Of a stretch of DNA of 38,611 nt, positions 27,787 to 33,781 are shown one piece after another. The DNA is taken from IMG/VR virus record IMGVR_UViG_3300046688_000010, positions 1 to 38,611 of that record. One strand, written 5' to 3'. The notes under the pieces are model-generated. The model saw only the letters and a list, made by a program, of their open reading frames with translations. It searched no databases and had not been told where the DNA came from. A program made the translations under genes and the position numbers. The stretch comes from a virus. The number at the start of each line of letters is the position of its first letter. Within the stretch, counting starts at the first letter, position 1.

Positions 27787-27986
27787 TGGTGCTCTGTCCG
27801 CTCTGCGGCCAGTGGCACCCAGGTATCGACCGGGTGCATGCCGCGATCGGGGTGATGCTGCAGCAGGTGCATGCCTGGGAGCAGCAGCGCGAGGTAGCAG
27901 CGCTGCTGCGGCCTAGTGGATCTGTTGCGGGGTCAGGTACAGATCGATCGCCCTCCGAACAAGCTCGGCGACAGATAACCCGCTAG
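27786..27986 (+). CDS. Cys/His knuckle small protein; 3' end reads antisense into the RHH gene
   Basis: TGATG start overlap. The N-terminus CPLCGQWHPGIDRVH is related to the motif in 31717..32316 and 32313..32471. The last ~25 codons are A/T-ending. Confidence 0.45.
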   Translation: MVLCPLCGQWHPGIDRVHAAIGVMLQQVHAWEQQREVAALLRPSGSVAGSGTDRSPSEQARRQITR

Positions 27987-28050
27987 AGTGGGCCAGCGTC
28001 TGCAGCGCGGCCAGCTGTGGCGCGGTCAAGAAGATATTAGTGCGGACCAT
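27913..28050 (-). CDS. Ribbon-helix-helix (Arc/CopG-type) DNA-binding protein, 45 aa
   Basis: GGAG precedes ATG 28050. MVRTNIFLTAPQLAALQTLAHSSGLSVAELVRRAIDLYL has the beta-strand / helix / helix pattern of RHH proteins. Confidence 0.75.
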   Translation of the reverse strand: MVRTNIFLTAPQLAALQTLAHSSGLSVAELVRRAIDLYLTPQQIH

Positions 28051-28516
28051 GTTTGCTCCATTCTGAGAGAGGGACGATGCCGGTCGAGTAGCTGACCAGC
28101 ATGGCCGGCTCGGGATCGAGCAGGGCCTCGAGCGGGTCGTAGGTCTTCTGCGCGTAGCGCGCATCGCCGTGTTGGTCGTGGCAGCGCTCGCATACGCGGT
28201 CGAGTTCACGCGCAGAGGCCTTGGACAGCACTAGGCGCATGCCTTTGCGCACCAGCTTGATCGGCACCGTGGCGTACGGGATGTCGGTATGGACCCCGAT
28301 GTCGGACTCGTTGGTGATGAGCGTTGGATGGCCGTAGCGCCACCCGGGCGAGCCGAGCTCGGTGCCGTCGTCATCGAACCTGGGGCCGAGAACGCAGCAC
28401 GCCGGCTGGCTGAGGTCGAGTGACTGCCAGGCGACGACGCCGCCGCGGTTGTGGATCCAGTCACGCACGCGTGCTGCGTTCTCGGCGGTGCATTCGCCTT
28501 TGAATTTGGTAGTCAT
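28037..28516 (-). CDS. Hypothetical protein (159 aa)
   Basis: ATG 28516 overlaps the upstream stop (ATGA). 14-nt overlap with the RHH gene. Confidence 0.7.
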   Translation of the reverse strand: MTTKFKGECTAENAARVRDWIHNRGGVVAWQSLDLSQPACCVLGPRFDDDGTELGSPGWRYGHPTLITNESDIGVHTDIPYATVPIKLVRKGMRLVLSKASARELDRVCERCHDQHGDARYAQKTYDPLEALLDPEPAMLVSYSTGIVPLSEWSKHGPH

Positions 28517-28710
28517 GCGAGCTCCACTTGTAAGCCGGCCTGGCCGATGCCGGTGATGACATCGCTGACGTAGCGGTGTTCGATGATGGTGGCCCCAGCC
28601 CAACGCAGGCGGTCCTCGGGCAAATTGGCCCTGACCCACTCCACTGCGGCTGGGGTCTTGGGGGTCAGCAGGTAGATGCTGCCCTCGTCGCGTACCAGAA
28701 AGTCACTCAT
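28513..28710 (-). CDS. Hypothetical protein (65 aa)
   Basis: ATGA-coupled at both ends. Confidence 0.7.
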   Translation of the reverse strand: MSDFLVRDEGSIYLLTPKTPAAVEWVRANLPEDRLRWAGATIIEHRYVSDVITGIGQAGLQVELA

Positions 28711-28889
28711 GCTTCCTCCAGCAGTTTGAGTTGGCGACGGGCCGCATCGCGCTTGAGTAGATGCCGCTCGCGTTGTGCGTCGGCGAGTTGCAGCTGCGCA
28801 CGCAGCTTATCGATCTCGGCGTCCAGTAATTTGATCAGCTGGTTGCTGTTGTCGATCTCGACCAGGATGGTGTACTTCTCGTTGCTCAT
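28707..28889 (-). CDS. Hypothetical coiled-coil protein (60 aa)
   Basis: ATGA-coupled, with heptad-like sequence. Confidence 0.7.
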   Translation of the reverse strand: MSNEKYTILVEIDNSNQLIKLLDAEIDKLRAQLQLADAQRERHLLKRDAARRQLKLLEEA

Positions 28890-29092
28890 GCTTTCCTCTC
28901 GACGTGATAGACCTTGCAGTTGATGCTCCCGACGCGGCTGCGGATGACGCCATGCCGCTCCGGGTGAAACCAGGTATAGGTGCGGGGGGCGACCTTGGTG
29001 CAGCGCTCGTAGAACGAACCGAAGCGCCGCACCTGGCCGATGAAGTCGAAGCTATCGCCGACCTGCAGATCGCGGAACAGGGTCTGGCTCAT
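28886..29092 (-). CDS. Hypothetical protein (68 aa)
   Basis: ATG 29092 overlaps the upstream stop (ATGA). Confidence 0.7.
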   Translation of the reverse strand: MSQTLFRDLQVGDSFDFIGQVRRFGSFYERCTKVAPRTYTWFHPERHGVIRSRVGSINCKVYHVERKA

Positions 29093-29325
29093 AGCTTTGC
29101 TCTGCGATGGGCGATGACCCCCCCGCCATACTCCACGTCCTCCCAATGGGTATGGCTTGCTTCCTGCAAAATGGCATCGAGTGCGGCGCGGACGCAAATG
29201 GCGTTGTGCGAGGCGGTGCTGTTGTACGACAGCGCGGCATCCCCCAGCAGGGCGAGAGGGTGGTTGGGATCGAGGGCGAACAGTCTTTGGACTTCGGCTG
29301 CAAGAGTGGCGTGAGTCAGTTTCAT
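29089..29325 (-). CDS. Hypothetical protein (78 aa)
   Basis: AAGGAG precedes ATG 29325. Confidence 0.7.
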   Translation of the reverse strand: MKLTHATLAAEVQRLFALDPNHPLALLGDAALSYNSTASHNAICVRAALDAILQEASHTHWEDVEYGGGVIAHRRAKL

Positions 29326-29326
29326 T

Positions 29327-29467
29327 TCATTGCTCCTTGAGAATTGAGGCGAGTTCGAGCAGGCGGACCAGGGTGCGGCCCCATTCGGCGGCTTGCTCAT
29401 GCTTGCCGCACAGCTTGTAGGCGATCGCTTTGGCGAGGGCCTGGGCTACTTTGCTACGGTCGATCAT
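29327..29467 (-). CDS. Hypothetical 46-aa helical protein, first gene of the leftward accessory operon
   Basis: AAGGAG precedes ATG 29467. Confidence 0.65.
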   Translation of the reverse strand: MIDRSKVAQALAKAIAYKLCGKHEQAAEWGRTLVRLLELASILKEQ

Positions 29468-29502
29468 TTCGTTTCTCCTTCGTGGTGCGTTGGTATGTGT
29501 GT

Positions 29503-29531
29503 AGTATCGGTGTATGTCCCCTCCCTGTCTA
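29503..29531 (-). promoter_or_regulatory. Candidate sigma70-type promoter of the accessory operon
   Basis: On the - strand: TAGACA (29531-26), 17-nt spacer, GATACT (29508-03). The 5' leader ...CAACGCACC... resembles the leaders of the two early promoter copies. Confidence 0.5.
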
Positions 29532-29588
29532 CTGGTCATTAGCTATATTCATATACACATTTCTACACTCAGTGGAATATCGCAGGCG

Positions 29589-29619
29589 TGTGAGGAAACT
29601 CCCGCGGCATTTCCTCACA
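29589..29619. promoter_or_regulatory. Perfect 10-bp inverted repeat in the divergent control region ahead of the late operon
   Basis: TGTGAGGAAA (29589-98) and TTTCCTCACA (29610-19) are separated by 11 nt. No U-run follows on either strand. Confidence 0.5.
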
Positions 29620-29670
29620 ACCCCTTGCAGCACCAGCCCGAGTGGAGTACAACCCTGGAAACCACTAGGT

Positions 29671-29853
29671 ATGGTGATCGTGATCACGTCACCCTCGAAA
29701 CCGCTTGACATCGCCTACGAACTCGACGACCCCGATGAGGTGCATATCGTCCCGCTCCAGGGCCGCGAGCATGAGCTCAACCCAGCCTGCTGGTGCCACC
29801 CGGATCCAGATCACGAATGCCCACAGCTCTACGTCCACAACCTCGAGCAGTAA
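29671..29853 (+). CDS. Hypothetical 60-aa Cys/His-containing protein, first ORF of the late operon
   Basis: ATG 29671 with a weak SD. Contains HELNPACWCHPDPDHECP. The upstream extension in the track ORF crosses the promoter region. Confidence 0.55.
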   Translation: MVIVITSPSKPLDIAYELDDPDEVHIVPLQGREHELNPACWCHPDPDHECPQLYVHNLEQ

Positions 29854-29928
29854 CGTGAATGTATTCAACAGCTTGCATCCCAGTCGACATGCTGCTCTGG
29901 ATCACCGCGGAACAGGAGCAACTCGAGC

Positions 29929-30498
29929 GTGAGCGCGGAGCGGGTCGGCCTGAAGAAACACGCCATGAGCAGGGCGGGCAACCCAGCAGTGGAAGCCACC
30001 CAGTGGAAACCGGGCCAGTCGGGCAACCCAGCCGGCAGACCGATCGGTGCGCGCCAGCACATAGAGACGGACTTCCTGAACGATGCGCTAGCGGACTGGC
30101 GCAAGGCGGGCGCGAAGAGCTTCCGCAAGCTAGCCGAGAAGGATCCGCACGCGTACCTACGACTGATCGCCGAAGTCGGCAACGTGATAGCAAGGGGCGC
30201 TACCAGTGAGCCCGCTAGCAACCACCCTGGAGCAGTATTCGACGCTGCAGCGTTCCTTGCTGGCGCTATCCTCGGCCGAGCAGGCCCAGGCCATCAGGTA
30301 TCTGTGTCTGCACGACCTGTACTACCTGCTACGGTACGCGCTGAACCGACCGGATGCGGAGCATCAGTGGATCCTGGACAGATGTCGGGAAGTGCAGGCG
30401 GATCCGAACGATCGCCTGGACCTGTGGAGCAGAGGCCACTACAAGAGCTCGATCATCACCCTGGCGCTGACCATCCAGGACATCCTGAACGATCCTGA
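29929..30498 (+). CDS. Terminase small-subunit-like protein (DUF5681-type KPGQSGNPAGRP motif) with an anomalous 3' extension
   Basis: The WKPGQSGNPAGRPIG motif lies directly upstream of TerL. The start is GTG 29929 or ATG 29965. There is no stop until 30498, so the ORF runs 293 nt into terL in a frame with A/T-ending codons. Confidence 0.55.
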   Translation: MSAERVGLKKHAMSRAGNPAVEATQWKPGQSGNPAGRPIGARQHIETDFLNDALADWRKAGAKSFRKLAEKDPHAYLRLIAEVGNVIARGATSEPASNHPGAVFDAAAFLAGAILGRAGPGHQVSVSARPVLPATVRAEPTGCGASVDPGQMSGSAGGSERSPGPVEQRPLQELDHHPGADHPGHPERS

Positions 30499-31720
30499 GC
30501 TAACGGTCGGGCTGTTCTCGCATACGCGCCCGATCGCCAAGGGTTTCTTGCGCCAGATCAAGCGCGAGCTCGAGACCAACGCCTGCCTGCGCGGTCTGTT
30601 CCCGGACATCATCTGGGCCGACCCCGCGCGCCAGGCGCCGAAGTGGAGCGAGGACGATGGGCTAGTGCTCAGGCGCCGCGGCAACCCGAAGGAGAGCACG
30701 CTCGAGGCGCACGGCCTGGTCGACGGCCAGCCGACCGGCAAACACTACTCCATCATGGTCTACGACGACGTCGTGACCCAGAGCTCGGTCACCTCGCCGG
30801 AGATGATGCAGAAAACGACCGAGATGCTCGAGCTGTCGTACAACCTGGGCACCGAGCACGGTCGCCGGCGGTTCGTGGGCACCAGGTACCACGCCGCGGA
30901 CAGTTACCAGACCATCCTGCAGCGCGGCACCGCCACCCAGCGCGTGCGGCTGGCCACCGACGACGGCACCCTGGACGGCGTGCCGGCGATCTGGACCGTG
31001 GAGCAGCTCAAGGAGAAGCGCAAAGACCTGGGCCCGTACACCTTCGCTTGCCAAATTATGCAGGACCCGCTCCACGACGCGACGCAGTCATTCCGCCGCG
31101 AGTGGCTCAAGCACTTCGAGAACCGCTCGGGCGAGGGGATGAACAAGTACCTACTCTGCGACGCGGCGAACAGCAAGCGCCGGAGCTCTGACTACACCAG
31201 CATCTGGGTCATCGGGCTGGCCGCCGATCGCAACTACTACGCGCTGGACATCATTAGGGACAGGTTGAACCTGACCGAGCGCGCCGCGGCGATCATGCGC
31301 CTGCACCGCAAGTGGCGCCCAATGGAGGTCCGCTACGAGTCGTACGGGCTGATGGCCGACATCGCCCATATCAAGGCCTGCCAGGAGGCGGAGAATTACC
31401 GGTTCGATATCACCCCGGTGGCCGGCCGGGCGCCGAAGAACGATCGCGTGCGCCGGCTGCTGCCGCTGTTCGAGCAGGGCCGCTTCTACCTGCCGATCAC
31501 CCATAACTACGGCGACTACGAGCACGTCGTGCGCGACCTGGTGCAGGACTTCATCGAGCAGGAGTACGCGAGCTTTCCTGTCGGCCTGCACGACGACATG
31601 ATGGACGCGCTGTCGCGCATCGCCGAGCCCGAACTCGAGTTGGTATGGCCGCGCGAGTCGAGCTCGACCAAGCCTGACCGCTACAAGCGGGTGGCCGAGA
31701 CCAGCGCGTGGGCGGCATGA
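30206..31720 (+). CDS. terL: Terminase large subunit
   Basis: 504 aa. Walker-A-like RGHYKSS and Walker-B-like IMVYDDV, plus a C-terminal nuclease-like part. GTG start behind AAGGGG; an in-frame TAG at 30188 excludes a longer N-terminus. Confidence 0.92.
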   Translation: MSPLATTLEQYSTLQRSLLALSSAEQAQAIRYLCLHDLYYLLRYALNRPDAEHQWILDRCREVQADPNDRLDLWSRGHYKSSIITLALTIQDILNDPELTVGLFSHTRPIAKGFLRQIKRELETNACLRGLFPDIIWADPARQAPKWSEDDGLVLRRRGNPKESTLEAHGLVDGQPTGKHYSIMVYDDVVTQSSVTSPEMMQKTTEMLELSYNLGTEHGRRRFVGTRYHAADSYQTILQRGTATQRVRLATDDGTLDGVPAIWTVEQLKEKRKDLGPYTFACQIMQDPLHDATQSFRREWLKHFENRSGEGMNKYLLCDAANSKRRSSDYTSIWVIGLAADRNYYALDIIRDRLNLTERAAAIMRLHRKWRPMEVRYESYGLMADIAHIKACQEAENYRFDITPVAGRAPKNDRVRRLLPLFEQGRFYLPITHNYGDYEHVVRDLVQDFIEQEYASFPVGLHDDMMDALSRIAEPELELVWPRESSSTKPDRYKRVAETSAWAA

Positions 31721-32316
31721 GGACCGTGCGCCGGACGCTGACGATCGTGGTCCGCCAGGACGTGGAGGAGGGTGTGCTGTTCGACGCTGCCTACCTGCCT
31801 GCGCTGGTGGAGTATGAGGCCGCGGTGAGGGCCGGGAAGTTGGGCCATAGCACCCCTGAGTTTTTCGAGGCCAGCAACGGGGTGCGCTTTGAGATGGCGC
31901 ACCGCACGGGGCTGGGTGAGCTTGACTCGGTGCGTGAGCTTGGGTTGCAGACGCGCACGGTGAACTGCCTGGTGTCCGAGGGGATCACGACGGTTGCCGC
32001 CCTGGTGACGTGGACTGAGCGCAGGTTGCTGCTGACCCCCAACCTGGGGCGCAAGGCGCTGAACGAGATCAAAGACGCGCTGCAAGCCGAGGGCCTGGTG
32101 CTGGCGAAGGAACCGGTGGCCCCGGAGGTGCCGCTGTGCGCGGTGTGCCGGATGCGGCACTGGCCGGGGGCAGGGCACCGCTATACCGACGAGGAGTCGC
32201 GGCGGCTGACGCTGCTGGCGACCGATCCTGGAATGGTGGCCGAGCTGCTCGCGCGGGTGATCGAACTGGAGAAGCGGGTGCAGCAGATGGCCGCGGCGAC
32301 GGTGGGGATGGTATGA
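31717..32316 (+). CDS. Protein carrying an RNA polymerase alpha-subunit C-terminal-domain-like (alpha-CTD, HhH) segment
   Basis: ATGA-coupled to terL. LGLQTRTVNCLVSEGITTVAALVTWTERRLLLTPNLGRKALNEIKDALQAEGL aligns by eye with E. coli RpoA CTD [53 protein letters not shown]. The C-terminus carries CAVCRMRHWPGAGHRY. Confidence 0.8.
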   Translation: MRTVRRTLTIVVRQDVEEGVLFDAAYLPALVEYEAAVRAGKLGHSTPEFFEASNGVRFEMAHRTGLGELDSVRELGLQTRTVNCLVSEGITTVAALVTWTERRLLLTPNLGRKALNEIKDALQAEGLVLAKEPVAPEVPLCAVCRMRHWPGAGHRYTDEESRRLTLLATDPGMVAELLARVIELEKRVQQMAAATVGMV

Positions 32317-32471
32317 AAGCCCCGGTCTGCAAGCTCTGCCACGTCGAGCATTGGGGCTATCAGCCGCACCGCTGGGCGCAGAAGCAGGTCGAGATGGTGA
32401 AGGGCAAGCCGGTGGAGATCAAGGCGCGGGTGCGTAGTGGCGAGACCTTGCGGAAGATGGAGAAGGCATGA
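32313..32471 (+). CDS. 52-aa Cys/His knuckle protein
   Basis: ATGA-coupled. CKLCHVEHWGYQPHRW repeats the motif at the end of the upstream protein. Confidence 0.6.
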   Translation: MKAPVCKLCHVEHWGYQPHRWAQKQVEMVKGKPVEIKARVRSGETLRKMEKA

Positions 32472-32653
32472 CAGCAAAGCGGACAGAGGTGGAAGAACAA
32501 CCGGTGGGTCCTGGGCTGCGGGAGTTGGAGCAGCAGATGGTGGTGATGAAGTCGGTGCAGGTCGAGCATGACTCTCGGCTATCGCGCATCTGGCACGACG
32601 TGGACGCGCTGCGGCAGCGGTTCGATGCCTTCGCGGCGAAGGTGGAGAAATGA
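32468..32653 (+). CDS. Coiled-coil protein (61 aa)
   Basis: ATGA-coupled. Paralogous to the next ORF. Confidence 0.65.
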   Translation: MTAKRTEVEEQPVGPGLRELEQQMVVMKSVQVEHDSRLSRIWHDVDALRQRFDAFAAKVEK

Positions 32654-32850
32654 CGATAGACAACCGGGACGAGGTCGAGGCGCAGGGGCGCGACGCGGCG
32701 CTGCTGCGGACGGTGCAGAGGATAGATGCCATGCAGCGCAACCTCGATGCGCTGGGGGTGAAGCTGGAGCATATCCGCACCGACACTGACGTGGCGCTGG
32801 CGAAGATCACGGTGCTGGAGCAGGCGGTGGCGGAGGCGTGGAAGAAGTGA
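32650..32850 (+). CDS. Coiled-coil protein (66 aa)
   Basis: ATGA-coupled. (V/I)DA(L/M)..(F/L)DA(F/L)..K(V/L)E is shared with the upstream ORF. Confidence 0.65.
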   Translation: MTIDNRDEVEAQGRDAALLRTVQRIDAMQRNLDALGVKLEHIRTDTDVALAKITVLEQAVAEAWKK

Positions 32851-33146
32851 ACGTGGGCGACCCGTTGCAATTCTTCCACCGGAGTAACGGCCAGCCGGTG
32901 TACGACTCGCTGGGTGAGTCGATCCGGGTGCCGGCGGAGGGGACGCCGATGGCGGCGACGGTGACGGCGGTAGTGAACATGGACACGGTGCACCTGACGG
33001 CCACTGACCTGGACGGCAAGGTGTTCAGCGAGGAGTATGTGTACATCCTCAATGCAGACGATAGCCAGCCGCGTGGTGGGCGGTATGCGCTGCGGATGGA
33101 CGATGCGGTGTTGAAGCACAGACGGGCAACCAGGTACGGGAGATGA
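32847..33146 (+). CDS. Hypothetical protein (99 aa; alternative start GTG 32838)
   Basis: GTG 32847 overlaps the upstream stop (GTGA) and lies 10 nt after GGAGG. Confidence 0.65.
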   Translation: MNVGDPLQFFHRSNGQPVYDSLGESIRVPAEGTPMAATVTAVVNMDTVHLTATDLDGKVFSEEYVYILNADDSQPRGGRYALRMDDAVLKHRRATRYGR

Positions 33147-33469
33147 CGATGGCGACCAAGCGGGAAGTGATCCAGGACGAGCAGGACGCTGAGAAGCGGT
33201 ACGCGAAGGACGAGGCGGGTGGCGGGGTCGAGGACCAGATGCAGGACTCGAAACGGTATCGCTACCTGCGCGACCAGGTCAGGAACGGCGACGGGTCGAT
33301 CAACGAGCAACTCTATGTCCGCTGCGACACCAGTCGCGACGGCCGCTGGTCGCTGGATGGCGAGGACCTGGACAGCGCGCTGGACCTGTTGCTGATCAAC
33401 CGCGCCGAGGCGGAGAAGGCGGCGGCGAAGGCGGCGAAGGAAGAGAAGGCGAAAGCGAAGGGGCGATGA
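33143..33469 (+). CDS. Hypothetical protein (108 aa) with a Lys/Ala-rich tail
   Basis: ATGA-coupled. C-terminus AEKAAAKAAKEEKAKAKGR. Confidence 0.7.
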   Translation: MTMATKREVIQDEQDAEKRYAKDEAGGGVEDQMQDSKRYRYLRDQVRNGDGSINEQLYVRCDTSRDGRWSLDGEDLDSALDLLLINRAEAEKAAAKAAKEEKAKAKGR

Positions 33470-33780
33470 TGGGCGAGGCGCGCAACCGGTTCAATGGTGA
33501 GGCCAGCCTGATCGATACCAGCGTCAGCGATCGCGCGATCCGCAGGGCCAAGCGCGAATTCTGCTCGCAGCTGGCGGAAAGGCTATTGGTGGCCTCGTCG
33601 CAGAACGCCGAGATGCCGATCGAGGTGCTGCTCGAGCGTGCCTGGAAGCTGGCCGAGCTGCACTACGAGGAGATGCTGCGCCGGCTGGCGCTGCGCGAGG
33701 AGGTGAGCCTGACCGAGCGCATGGCGGCCGACCAGACGGTGTCCGAGATGAGCCGAGCGGAGATAGCGCGAGGTAACTGA
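33466..33780 (+). CDS. Hypothetical protein (104 aa)
   Basis: ATGA-coupled. Ends 1 nt before the portal gene. Confidence 0.7.
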   Translation: MMGEARNRFNGEASLIDTSVSDRAIRRAKREFCSQLAERLLVASSQNAEMPIEVLLERAWKLAELHYEEMLRRLALREEVSLTERMAADQTVSEMSRAEIARGN

Positions 33781-33781
33781 C

